Source: Mytilus californianus
Lineage: Eukaryota
Assembly (NCBI RefSeq): GCF_021869535.1
Contig: NW_026262701.1
Span: 44,516,001-44,580,000 of the forward strand
Length of the DNA: 64,000 nucleotides
Direction: 5' to 3'
Below are positions 1-12,530 of the stretch, in pieces. The translations under genes were made by a program, and so were the position numbers. The notes beneath the pieces were generated by a model. The model was given only the letters and a program-made list of their open reading frames with translations, was not told the origin of the DNA and searched no databases. Every line of letters starts with the position of its first letter. The stretch's first letter is position 1.

Positions 1-53
1 AAAATTGGTATCCCATGAATTATTATGAATCCACAGTACTATATTATACTTAC

Positions 54-151
54 TTAAGGTTAGGTTTAGTAGAACCAATTTTTTTAAGAAGCCCAGCAAT
101 CCTATCTAGTTTATCATGTTCTTTAGAATTTTTCATTGTAGAGATGACATC
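54..151 (-). CDS. Coiled-coil protein exon (DVISTMKNSKEHDKLDRIAGLLKKIGSTKPNL); gene continues beyond the window
   Basis: Acceptor catattttcag, donor AA|GTAAGT, 98 nt, phase 0 to 2, open frame. Confidence 0.85.
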
Positions 152-684
152 CTGAAAATATGAAAAAATATTTTTACATGGTACATTCCAAAGTTTCCAA
201 TCATAAATCATAACATTAATTATTCAATTGCCATAAAGAAATAATTGTTCAATTCTCATGTAATTTCTGTTCCCTCATGACTGCAGTCACTTATTCATCT
301 GTAAATACAGTACAGTTCATAAAAATATTTAAAATAGGTCCCAATTGTGGTGATTTCAGAACCAATATTGACACTGTCATGGGGTATTTATCATAATATT
401 GATAAATATTGTCCAATCAGGAACTAAGCTAAATTAATATTTTTCTTTTTTTCAGGTATCCAATTGACTCTTCAACATTAAAATTTATGATTAAAACCTG
501 TACTTTCAACAGATCTAAGACTTTAAGATAGTTAAGTGCACTATTCCAATTAGTGATTTCTCCTTTACTATAAATCTCATATCATTGCACTTACTTTATT
601 TTGCAAAAATGGCCATCACCAAACTTTATTTTTTTATTTTTCAAGAAACTTTTCTATTTGTTTAATTGAAATTTCTTTTTTTAC

Positions 685-717
685 CTCCATGCAAATCAAC
701 TTTCTACTGATCAATGA
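685..717 (-). CDS. 33-nt in-frame micro-exon candidate (SLISRKLICME)
   Basis: Acceptor atgttttgcag, donor GAG|GTAAAA, phase 0 to 0, no stop codon. Confidence 0.55.
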
Positions 718-791
718 CTGCAAAACATATTGTATGGTTTTATAGAAAAATTTCATAATGTAAAGAAGTTTTTTCCGGTTATTATGTATAC

Positions 792-935
792 CTTTGCCAA
801 GTCTAATGCTTTAGATTTCTGAACAACCAAGCAATCCTTTCCTAACATGATCCTTTTTAATGCCACATTCTCATTATGAGCTATAACTATATCTTCTCTT
901 AATTTTTCTGTTTGTTCCACATCTTGTTCTACATC
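792..935 (-). CDS. Coiled-coil protein exon (DVEQDVEQTEKLREDIV...KALDLAK)
   Basis: Acceptor gtgattttcag, donor AAG|GTATAC, 144 nt, phase 0 to 0; lies within ORF 753..974. Confidence 0.9.
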
Positions 936-1424
936 CTGAAAATCACAAACGAAATAAAAAACATCACAAATCATTTTTAATATGATGATTTGATTTAATA
1001 AATATTATATTAATTTAAAAAAATCTTAATCAATGCCATTGTCACTAACCCTAATTTTTTCAGTGCATTCTCGCAAAGCCTTCCTTGCATCTGTTGCCAT
1101 TTAAACTTACCCATAACTTATTATCCTTTGCATTCACAAACAGCAATGTGCTTACCCTAAGATTATCTTTGAATTCTATGGAAACCATCCACAGTTACCT
1201 TGATTTAATCCACAGCCTTCATAGGAATTCTCAAAAAAAAAATTTCGCTGGTGGTCTTTGGAAAAAAATCTACTGGTACTCACTAACATTTCTATTGCAA
1301 AATACCAAAATTGTGTCTGTTCTTTGCAAAATTTGGTGGTCAAAACCTTCGAAACCGCCACTTTTCAAGAACTCTTCCTCCAGAGCCATGGAATCCAATG
1401 TCATTCATCCTGAGCTTTGTATTC

Positions 1425-2995
1425 TTTCATCAGCCATCCTAGCAGCTAATGTCATTAATCACTTACCCTAAGTTTATTTTTGTATTCTCCCACAGACTTC
1501 CTAGCAGCCAATGTCATAAATCACTTACCCTAAGTTTATCTTTGTATTCCCTCACAGACTTCCTAGCAGCCAATGTCATTAATCACTTACCCTAAGTTTA
1601 TCTTTGTATTCCCCCACAGCCTTCCTAGCAGCCAATGTCATTAATCACTTACCCTAAATTTATCTTTGTATTCTCCCACAGCCTTCCTAGCAACCAATGT
1701 CACTAATCACTTACCCTAAGTTTATCTTTGTATTCTCCCACAGCCTTCCTAGCAGCCAATGTCATTAATCACTTACCCTAAGTTTATCTTTGTATTCTCC
1801 AACAGCCTTCCTAGCAGCCAATGTCATTAATCACTTACCCTAAGTTTATCATTGTATTCTCTAACAGCCTTCCTAGCAGCCAATGTCATTAATCACTTAC
1901 CCTAAGTTTATCTTTGTATTCCCCCACAGCCTTCCTAGCAGCCAATGTCATTTATCACTTACCCTAAGTTTATCTTTGTATTCCCCCACAGCCTTACTAG
2001 CAGGCGATGTCATTAATCACTTACCCTAAGTTTATCTTTGTATTCTCTAACAGCCTTCCTAGCAGCCAATGTCATTAATCACTTACCCTAAGTTTATCTT
2101 TGTATTCCCCCACAGCCTTCCTAGCAGCCAATGTCATTTATCACTTACCCTAAGTTTATCTTTGTATTCCCCCACAGCCTTCCTAGCAGCCAATGTCATT
2201 AATCACTTACCCTAAGTTTATTTTTGTATTCCCCAACAGCCTTCCTAGCAGCCAATGTCATTAATCACTTACCCTAAGTTTATCTTTGTATTCTCTAACA
2301 GCCTTCCTAGCAGCCAATGTCATTAATCACTTACCCTAAGTTTATCTTTGTATTCTCCCACAGCCTTCCTAGCAGCCAATGTCATTAATCACTTACCCTA
2401 AGTTTATCTTTGTATTCTCCCACAGCCTTCCTAGCAGCCAATGTCATTAATCACTTACCCTAAGTTTATCTTTGTATTCTCTAACAGCCTTCCTAGCAGC
2501 CAATGTCATTAATCACTTACCCTAAGTTTATCTTTGTATTCTCCCACAGCCTTCCTAGCAGCCAATGTCATTAATCACTTACCCTAAGTTTATCTTTGTA
2601 TTCTCCCACAGCCTTCCTAGCAGCCAATGTCATTAATCACTTACCCTAAGTTTATCTTTGTATTCCCCCACAGCCTTACTAGCAGCCAATGTCATTAATC
2701 ACTTACCCTAAGTTTATCTTTGTATTCTCCCACAGTCTTCCTAGCAGCCAATGTCATTAATCACTTACCCTAAGTTTATCTTTGTATTCTCCCACAGCCT
2801 TCCTAGCAGGCGATGTCATTAATCACTTACCCTAAGTTTATCTTTGTATTCTCCCACAGCCTTCCTAGCAGCCAATGTCATTAATCACTTACCCTAAGTT
2901 TATCATTGTATTCTCTAACAGCCTTCCTAGCAGCCAATGTCATTAATCACTTACCCTAAGTTTATCTTTGTATTCTCCCACAGCCTTCCTAGCTG
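1425..2995 (-). repeat. 62-bp minisatellite, 25 copies, derived from an exon 3' end plus splice donor
   Basis: Motif cacttaccc recurs every 62 bp from 1460 to 2948 (24 x 62). Minus-strand unit: gtaagtgattaatgacattggctgctaggaaggctgtgggagaatacaaagataaacttagg. Confidence 0.97.
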
Positions 2996-3098
2996 CCACC
3001 AGTAAAGCTGTCTTCTCATTGGATTCCTGTTTGTAAGCATCTATTTCTTCCTTCAGTTCCTTTATTTCATCTTTTAACCTTGGTATTGTTTCTAAGTT
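2955..3098 (-). CDS. Coiled-coil protein exon (NLETIPRLKDEIKELKEE...GEYKDKLR)
   Basis: Acceptor acttttcttcag, donor AGG|GTAAGT, 144 nt, phase 0 to 0. Its 3' end is the first unit of the 62-bp minisatellite. Confidence 0.9.
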
Positions 3099-3307
3099 CT
3101 GAAGAAAAGTTTGTATTCAATTTATTAAAACCTGATTATGAAAACTTTGTTGTACTCCCTTCAAACCTTAATACCTAAATATTTTTAACAAATGATTTTA
3201 GCACTGTTCCTTTGCTTTTCATGTGCACAAAGTGATTTGTGTCATGAATTGATACAACATATCCTTTTTCCTTTAAAAAATGCAGGTAAATCTTTGAACA
3301 CTGTTGA

Positions 3308-3563
3308 GGGGGCCTCGGTGGACAAGTGGTCTAAGGAGTCATAATTCTGTATCACTAGCCTGCCAACACTCAGATTGTGAGTTTGAACCCCACACGTGGT
3401 AGGTGCATTCGATTTCAATCTTGATTGACTAGGATTGTCAGATTTCCTGCCGACGGTTGATTATTCTCTCCGGGCAATCTGGCTGCCTCCACAATTAACA
3501 ACTGACTGCCATGAAATAGCTAATAGTGCTGATAGTGGCTTTAAACACCAATCAATCAATCAA
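3308..3563 (+). mobile_element. tRNA-derived SINE
   Basis: A-box-like tggacaagtgg, B-box-like gagtttgaacc, (caat)n tail; homologous copy at 7958. Confidence 0.75.
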
Positions 3564-6164
3564 ATGAAGACTGTTCATGGATTTCCCCATGTTTTTTCTG
3601 ATTTTTTTGGTGTTGTAAGGATTCATTGATTGTATATATACACTGAATATTTTTTTTGTAAGTAGCAATTTGGTAAAATTTCTCAAATTCTGAAGATTTC
3701 ATACTTTTTAAGATCACTGACAGACCAGGATGTAAAAATCTAAAGAATATCTTTGGTAAGACTCCGACTCCCTTTTTTCAAAGAGGCAAAACTTAATTAA
3801 ATTACTTCGGTAAATTTCCAGTTTCCTCAGTAAACTTCAAATATAAAATTTTGTAGGGCATAGTTGTCTAAAGCCAATCAGTAAATTCACTTACCTCTTC
3901 AAATCAACCCCTATTGTTTCTAAATATAAAGCACACATAGATTCCCTTAAGTGTCTTGGAAAGGAGAAAAAGGTCTGGATGCATGTATAGGTCATAAGAT
4001 GGCTTAACAGCCATCTGCTCCCAAAACAGATTATGTTAATAATGAATAAATATATTGTAGTACTGTATTAGGGTGTGTATAATACACACTTTCCCCCCAA
4101 GACATATAATTGATAGTCAGAGAGGATGCATATTATACACAACTGTAAACTCTACAGACGTTTTTTTTTATAAATAATATAATGGGTTTTTTTCATTACT
4201 GTATATATTCAAAGAGTTTTTTTATATTCAAATTTTTTTATTTTCATAAATGATGATTTTTTTTTTTTGTGATATTCAAAACTCTAAAATTTATAGTCTC
4301 TAATATCACCTTTATTTTTAAAATGGGTGCATGGTCATTTCCAATTCTTGAAGGGCTGTTAAAGACATTGATATTACAATTCCAGTGGGTGGTTGGAAAA
4401 TTAATCAAATTTTCAAAACTATAAACTGAAAATTGTCTTAATCTTGAGTAATTTAGAGAATGAAATGTATTATAAACACATGTCTATTGTAAAAGATTAT
4501 AATTTGCCATCCTAGTCCGTGTTCTTTTTGTTGATATGTTTTTGGGTTGCTGGCCCATTGTCATATATGCCACATTTCCATTTATTTGTATTCTAATTGT
4601 CATTAAATCGATTTTGGAACAGGCCAGAGAAAAATTCATGCAGTTTCTATAACTGGAGTTATTGCATGTACAATATGGCTAAGTTTAGAAACATAATTGT
4701 TTTCTTGACTATAACATTTATCGCTACATTTGAATCAAGTACAATGAAATAGTTTTAATGTGCAATTTTAAAAAAACTGGACCACAAAACGCATTTCCTT
4801 TCCATCATAGAGCAATAAATGAACAATTAAATAAATGAGAATGGAATATATAGATTGAGGCATGCTAGTATAACATCAAATACACATTCAGTTAGAAACA
4901 CTTTTTGTTTCTTTAATTGGCTGCAATTAAGGTACATTACATAGCAGGTGTCAAGGGCTCTTCTCAACAACAGAAAAGTTTAAAAAATCTTAAAAGTATT
5001 TTTAACCATTAGAAATATGTGTGCATAATGATACAGAAATGTTTTATGACAGATACATATTTTTTTTTAATTGACAGAAATATAATTAGGAATCTTCACC
5101 TAACTACACATTCATATAAAGAGACTTCAATAAAACATTTTATCTCAATTTTAGTTCTTTCAGTTTATTTGATATTACAAGCTGAAAATTATTCAATTAC
5201 TTTCTGTTATTTTCTATGATCTAAAAAACTATATTCATAATGTGTTAATAAACCAGTTCTGAATATCAAAGATGTTTTCAGCAACAATAGACAAAAGTTT
5301 AAACAGAAATCTAACATTTATACAAGTGAAAACCTATAAGTAGTGTATTAGGTGTCACATCTTCATATAAAGTTCAAAATAAAATGTTAAAACCCAAATT
5401 AAAAAAAATAAAAATTTAATTAAACCATTTTAATTTTTCTTACAAAAGCAATGATTCACAGAAGAAAACATTATATATGATTAATATTTTTGGACTGGTT
5501 CCTGGTGTTTATTGATTCTTTACATGTCAATAATGTCACCCAGCTGTAAAATTTAATGGCTTTTTAAAGATTACATTTTACATCTCCATTTAAAGATTTA
5601 ATGTGCTCTGATCTATATCACTATGTATCAGATCAACTGGAATAATTCAACCTTTCACACATTTTGAAAATAACAACCTGACATTTAACTGAATATTATT
5701 AGATATCTAAGAGATCTGAACGTGGACCACTATTCTTTTAAGAGGTGTTGTCAGTTCTTTTATGTAGGCATAATATTCCTTTGAAATTGATATTTAAGAA
5801 AATTTTCAGTTGACAAAAAAAGTAAAAATTTGTTTTTTTATAATGTACAGGTTTTCTTTTCAAATAATTTCATATTCCTTTTTGGTATTACTTTTGGTGA
5901 CCTCACTTCATGCTCTTCGTCAGTTGAAAATTCTAAATTTCAAATATTTTGTTTTGTTAATTGATTGCCATCTGCATGTAATGTTTGTCAATAAACATGA
6001 ATCAGACTTAGGACAATATTTAGGTTTAGCACCACTGAATAGGCATTTTTTTTAAATGTGTATATTCTACCTAGTGTAAATTATATAAATAATATGTGTA
6101 AGCAATTAGAACTCTTCATTATTTGCTGATAACTTGATATCTTATAATTTCACTAATTACTTCG

Positions 6165-7146
6165 CCATCTTGTAATCTAACTGATAACTTGGGTATCTTG
6201 TAATCTAACTATAACTTGGGAATCTGGAAATCTAACTGATTACTTGAGTATCTTGTAAGCTAACTGATTACTTGGGTATCTTGTAATCTAACTGATTACT
6301 TGGGTATCTTGTAATCTAACTGATTACTTGTGTATCTTGTAATCTAACTGATTACTTGACTATCTTGTAATCTAACTGATTACTTGGGTATCTTGTAATC
6401 TAACTGATTACTTGAGTATCTAGTAATCTAACTATAACTTGGGTATCTTGAAATCTAACTGATTACTTGAGTATCTTGTAATCTAACTGATTACTTGGGT
6501 ATCTTGTAATCTAACTGATTACTTGGGTATCTTGTAATCTAACTGATTACTTGGGTATCTTGTAATCTAACTGATTACTTGACTATCTTGTAATCTAACT
6601 GATTACTTGGGTATCTTGAAATCTAACTGATTACTTGACTATCTTGTAATCTAACTGATTACTTGGGTATCTTGTAATCTAACTGATTACTTGAGTATCT
6701 TGTAATCTAACTTATTAGATGGGTATCTTGTAATCTAACTGATTACTTGAGTATCTTGTAATCTAACTGCTAATTCAGTAGCTTGTAATCTAACTGATTA
6801 CTTGAGTATCTTGTTATTTAACTGATTACTTGAGTATCTTGTAATCTTAATTATTACTTGGTATCTTGTAATCTAACTGATTACTTGAGTATCTTGTAAT
6901 CTAACTGATTACTTGAGTATCTTGTGATCTAACTGATAACTTGAGTATCTTGTAATCTAACTGATTACTTGAGTAGCTTGTAATCTAAATAATTACTTGT
7001 GTACCTTATAATTTCACTGATTATTTATGTATTTTGTTATTTCCTTGATCACTTGAATATCATGTAATTTTACTGATTACTTGAGTAGCTTGTTATTTTA
7101 CTAATAACTTGAGTATCTTGTTATTTTACTGATTACTTGAGTATCT
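6165..7146. repeat. 28-bp minisatellite, about 35 copies, degenerating at both ends
   Basis: Unit tacttg(gg/ag/ac)tatcttgtaatctaactgat. Confidence 0.95.
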
Positions 7147-7957
7147 TTCCATTTTGTTTTAAGACCAGCTTCATTGTATAGGACTGTTTTGTCAGATCTG
7201 TAAAGATTTGATCAAAATAACTCCCTTGTCAAATTCAGTATTGTAGATTTGGGACAACTTTAAAAAAGTTATGATCTGAATAAAATGTAACCAACCAACA
7301 ACATTAAATATTTTACATAGACTATATTCTTGTTGTTGGATGGCTGTCACAGATTAAGTAGACTTAGCATGCAAAAGTATTTTCTGTAAAATTTAGTACT
7401 ACAAACAAAAACAAAAACAGTGATGTAAGCATTATAAGATAATTCGTTTTTAACATATGTCACATCTATATATATATGAAATAGAAAAGAATGCATGTTG
7501 CCCTTTTAACATTTGAAGGCTTAAATGACTTAAAATCTTCACCAATAATTGCAATTTAGACTATGTTTACATTTGATATGAATGTTCATTTCAACCAAAT
7601 GTCCTTGTATATTAAACATAGCCAAAACTTTGAATATCTAATGTTTATGGAGAGATTATTAAAGTCATTTAAACCTAAGCAGACCTTAGAATTGTAAATG
7701 TATCAATGTATTATCCTCTCAATGCTCTCCTATTTACCATGTAGTTTTAACTACAATTAAAAGGATTTCTCATTTAAAAATATTTTTATTTCATTTCAGT
7801 CAAATTGAAAATTACTTAAAATTGTTTTGTCTTCTGCAATTTGTCTACATACCATTTCCCTTAACCTAGTTGTAGAAAATGTCAAGAAATCAATATGGTG
7901 ATTTTTAGCATATATATGCTTTAGTTATCAATAATTAACTTTAAAAACATGCATAGT

Positions 7958-8197
7958 GGGAGCCTTAGTGGCAAAGTGGTTTAAGTAGTTCATCTACAGT
8001 TTCACAAGCCTGTTAACACTAAGGTTTGGAGTTCAAACCCCACTCATGTCAAGGTGCCTTTGACTATGATCTTAATTGACTAGGGTTGCCATTTTTCCTA
8101 CACTAAAAGGTTAGTGGTTCTCTACTGCTAATAAAAAATGGCTGCCATGACATAGCCATGTGCGCTTACAGTAGTATTAAGCAAAATCAATCAATCA
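7958..8197 (+). mobile_element. tRNA-derived SINE, same family as 3308
   Basis: tggcaaagtgg and gagttcaaacc boxes, shared core gatcttaattgactagg, (caat)n tail. Confidence 0.7.
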
Positions 8198-8882
8198 TGT
8201 TATAGCAAATTTTAGTAAGCATACAAACTTAAACATACATGTGTAAATAAGTCTCTCATAAAAATTGTAACATTGAATTATGGTACATTATTTGCTATAG
8301 ATGACCTAAATTTTAGTGTCACTGGTTTGCTATAATATTGACATGTAGTCTCTTTTATTCTCTTCAATCTAACTTAACTGAACAGACTTAACAATAGGTA
8401 CACATTTCCACAGACAGGAGCAACAATCTTTTAATAAGTAGAGACAATTCAAAGGTTCAAACAAGTGGCAATTACTCAAAATTTACCGTTATTTTTAGAC
8501 AAAATCCTTTATGGCAAACCTCATACATAGGACCAATTTAATTCACAATACTTAACCTATACTGTGAATGATATGTAACTATAATTCATACACCTTTTCT
8601 CTGTCATTAAAATGTTGGACTTTGATACTAAATGGCACTTGATAAAGTTTCTTTAGCATTTGTATTTTTCATTAACAAGTCTTTTAATTTATTGTACACT
8701 TGGGTTTTTGTCAATTGCTAATTTATTGGTAGCTAAGAGAAAACTTGGTCCAATTACAGTTGGGGGACTACGTGAAAACCTTTAAGAGCCTTTATTACCA
8801 AAATAAGACACAGGGAAAAACTAAGAGAAATCATAAGTAAGCCAGACTAAGAAAAAATAGATGATTTTGAATACACTCGTAC

Positions 8883-8978
8883 CTTTTCAATATTTTCGTT
8901 CCTCATTAGTTCATGTCTAACTTGATATTTCAAGTCTGTTAACTTTTCTCCCATTTCTATGATTTTATTATTGGCAGC
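8883..8978 (-). CDS. Coiled-coil protein exon (AANNKIIEMGEKLTDLKYQVRHELMRNENIEK)
   Basis: Acceptor gttttatttcag, donor AAG|GTACGA, 96 nt, phase 0 to 0. Confidence 0.9.
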
Positions 8979-9558
8979 CTGAAATAAAACATTTATAAAT
9001 AGTTACTTTTGATTCCTAAATTTGTTTAACATGTTTTAATTATTTGAAGTAGTATTAATGAGTTTTCTCCCCTTTTTCTGTTGTTTATAGCCCTTTCCAG
9101 GAACTCATTTGTGGAATCATGAATTTTACTCTATAATTATAATTTAAAGCATTCCCTTGTTTGGCAGGAGAACTGTTTTACAGCAATGAAGCTCAATAAA
9201 GGGTCCATGATTAGTGGTTTTGAATTCCTGTGCATTAAAAGAACAAATTTGGAAAATATGAATGTTTTATTAGCATTCCAAAATTCTTGTCAACAAACTA
9301 GAGTATAAAGCTTGAAATAATTGTAAATTTAAGTAAAACATAGTTTTCAATTTCTTCTCACTATTGCTCTGCACTGCAGCAAACCAGTATTTATTCCAGT
9401 ATACTATAGTGAACGAACATATCTTTAATTTAAATGCAATTTTTAAATCAGATTTGAATTTCAGAAGAGAGTTTATTGAAAGTGCTATAGATCAGGAGCT
9501 CTTTTCCCAAAGTTTTTTTTCTGAAATGATAATGACTTACAAGTACTTCCTCTACTAA

Positions 9559-10206
9559 AACAAGAGGCTCTCAAGAGCCTGAATCGCTCACATGTATTTC
9601 AGAGGAGAAGATTTTTAAATGTTAGCAAACTTGATGAACAAATTGTGTAAAATTGTCTTTAAAGGGCAATAACTCCTTAAGGGGTCAACTGACAATTATG
9701 ATCATATTTACTTTTTTGTGGTCTTACTTTGCTGAACATTATTGCTGCTTACAGTTTATATATATCTATAATAATATTCAAAATAATAACAAAAAACTGC
9801 AAAATTTTGTTAAAACTACCAATTCGGTGGCAGCAACCCAACAATGGGTTGTTCGATTCGTCTGAAAATTTCAGAGCTGATAGATCTTGACCAATTGAAC
9901 AATTTACCCATGTCAGATTTGCTCTAAAAGCTTTAGTTTTTGAGATATAAGCCAAAAACTGCATTTGATCCCTATGTTCTATTTTTAGCCATGGCGGCCA
10001 TGTTTGTCGATGGATCAAAACTTTGGATACAATTTATAAACTAGATACCCTAAGGAACATTCAGTTAAAGTTTGAAGGTATATGGCCCAGTAGTTTCAGA
10101 GGAGAAGATTTTTTAAATTGTTAACGACAACAGACGACGGATGACGATGGACGCCAAGTGATGGCATAAGCTCACATGGGGCCCTTCAGGCCCCGGTGAG
10201 CTAAAA
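9559..10206 (+). mobile_element. Helentron-type non-autonomous element (HINE, family A)
   Basis: 5' aacaagaggctctcaagagcc with subTIR gctcac, core with agtttcagaggagaagat, (gacg)n microsatellite, 3' hairpin gctcacatggggcc-cttca-ggccccggtgagc, flanked by A-runs. Confidence 0.8.
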
Positions 10207-10660
10207 ATGAAAACAACACTTAATAAATTTCACGCGTCTGAAGCCCTTTCTGGATTTACCTTCATCAGGAATGATCAAAGCCGAATATTTGAAAGCCAAG
10301 GATGTATAAGAACAGAAACAGTTTAAGAGCTATATAACCAAAAAGGACCTAAAATAATAGCCAAATCCATCTAAAGTCAGCTTTGCCTGAAGGAGTTGAA
10401 ACTTTAGTTTCTAAAAATTTCAAAATTTTATAACAGGCAATTTTAAAAAGGTTTGTTATAAATCATGTCAGTACCAAAGTACTGACTACTGAGCTGATGA
10501 TACCCTCAGGGACTGAAAGTCCACCAGCAGAGCTATCGACCCAGTGCTGTAAAAAATGAAAACAACAATTTATAAATTTCATGCGTCCAAAATGCTTTTC
10601 TGAATTTACCTTCATCAAGAACGCTCAAAGCCAAATATTTGAAAGCCAAGGATGTATAAG
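10205..10660 (-). mobile_element. Non-LTR retrozyme remnant: 350-nt monomer bounded by two type I hammerhead motifs
   Basis: Direct repeat with period exactly 350 (ttcatca at 10261 and 10611). The minus strand reads CUGAUGA-AGGUAAAUCCA-GAAA in copy 1 and UUGAUGA-AGGUAAAUUCA-GAAA in copy 2. Confidence 0.75.
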
Positions 10661-10797
10661 TAGCACTTCTTTGTGAAAAGAGTCACAAAGACAGTACATT
10701 GATCAGGCAAAGACAGTACATTGATCAGGTTATAAAGCAACTCTTGAAAATTTGAGAAAACTTTATATATAAAATATACAATTATGAAAACCTTTAC

Positions 10798-10873
10798 CTG
10801 TAACTGTTTACATGTATCTTCATACTTTGCTGTCATCCTACGTGTATCTCCTTCACGTTGACGTACCTCTACC
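10798..10873 (-). CDS. Coiled-coil protein exon (QVEVRQREGDTRRMTAKYEDTCKQLQ)
   Basis: Acceptor taatattttag, donor CAG|GTAAAG, 76 nt, phase 2 to 0. Confidence 0.9.
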
Positions 10874-12466
10874 CTAAAATATTACAGCAATGCATTAGGT
10901 ACGGATCTAAAATAGTCATAGTATCTTAAATAATAATGGTTTGCATGACTGATTAACTGTTGTTTGCTTCACATCCAGTGGGATTTTATATATGTCACTG
11001 ACAACTTTGTGAAGAGACCTAAAATCTAGAATTATGGCTGAAATTGTTTCCTTCATTGCTGATATAAGTGCATATATATCAAATAAAATGAAAAAAAAAA
11101 ACATGGTATCAATTTTTTTGGGGTCATATGTAATCCTATAATATAAGCCTATAGTTTTCTTTCAACGTTTTTATATCAGATATTTTTTTTTGTGGTTCAG
11201 TATTGAAAATTAAAAAAAAAATCCAATAAAAAAGAAAATGATATGGACACAGGAAGGCTTATATCATAGGACTAGGGTAATATGTTAAGAATACTTTAAT
11301 GAACTTTCAACACTTGTACTATATATGTCATTGAAATTGCAATAGAATGTAAACCAATAAAATTTGTGGAAGCTTCATTTTTTATTGGTGAATATATTTT
11401 TTCTTAGAAAATTTTTAAGTAGGAGAAAATAACATACTTATTGCATTTAACAAAAAAAGATGAGAACAATTTAATTAAGAAGATCCAAAGTTAATTTCGT
11501 AAAAATAAAATGCCACCATTTCCAGGTGCACACGTACAGATTTCAAATTATTCACAATATGTTAAATGTGCAATCCAATTAAGAGCGCAATGTTTCAAAC
11601 CTAAACAATGTAAACTATTATGCTCGTAGTCTTTTAATCCATTTGTTTCTTACATTTTTTGGATAACGTTGACATCGTTTACATAAACGATGTACGCGCA
11701 AAATAGTCACGCAGTTGTTGATCAATTATTGTTGAGACGTATAAACGATACGTTTGTTTCTGCATCTGTCGTTTAAATATTTATGAGCACGTGTTGTTTT
11801 CGCAAAGTTCTGGTCATTCTTTTTCCACACTTTTACCTGTTTGTTTACAGTGCGTCAATGTACGTAATCTATTTCTGTCTCACTACGCGGGGTCCATAAA
11901 GGTCATTAAGCCATGTATTTGATTCTAGCAGTTTAACGTTTAATAAACGATAGTCATCGATGACAAAATTTCGGGTTAGAAACAAATGCACTCTAAGATT
12001 ACCCGGTATATTTCTGCACTAGCTCATTTTTTTTTTTATTAGAATCATTGCTTAAATAAGATATATATATATTCTTTGTATGGAAATTTTTTAAGTCAAA
12101 ACCTACATTTTTATATATATTCCTACATCAAAAGATTTATTATCTTGAGTCCGTCCTACTGAAAGTTCAATAATAAAACAGTGACCAAGCAAGCATTATT
12201 ACCATATGTTATGACAATGGATCACCAACAATATTGCTTATTATATTTTAGCTTAACAAGTCCTATAAAAATTCAAGTATAATTGATGTCAATCACCGAA
12301 ATGATAATGTACAAACAAAGTAAATATACTACTAATCCTCAGATTTGCTTAAACAAACCACTTGTAAATATGACGTCCATAACATAAATGAAATTTACAT
12401 CTAAATGTGAACAATACACCTCGGGCTCGTACTACCGAAGTATAACAAATATTAGTATGTACTCAC

Positions 12467-12530
12467 TGAGTATATTCCAAGGTCTGTTTTGTTGTTTCTA
12501 GAATTAATTCGGCTTTCTCCACTTCAGAGG
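12467..12530 (-). CDS. Coiled-coil protein exon (ASEVEKAELILETTKQTLEYT)
   Basis: Acceptor tttttcatttttag, donor CA|GTGAGT, 64 nt, phase 1 to 2; bridges the neighbouring exons in frame. Confidence 0.88.

Noticed and set aside
338-534. Possible plus-strand exon pair (GPNCGDFRTNIDTVMG / YPIDSSTLKF...)
   Set aside because: Weak first acceptor and donor, a 72-nt intron, and no other supporting plus-strand exons; cannot be told apart from chance.
1085-1471. 128-aa plus-strand ORF
   Set aside because: Antisense to the host intron, overlaps degenerate repeat copies, and has no recognisable motif.
1425-2995. CRISPR-like regular array
   Set aside because: Units are contiguous with no unique spacers, the context is eukaryotic and there are no cas genes.
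3308-3390. tRNA gene (also at 7958)
   Set aside because: A/B boxes are present, but I found no cloverleaf, and it continues into a SINE body and tail.
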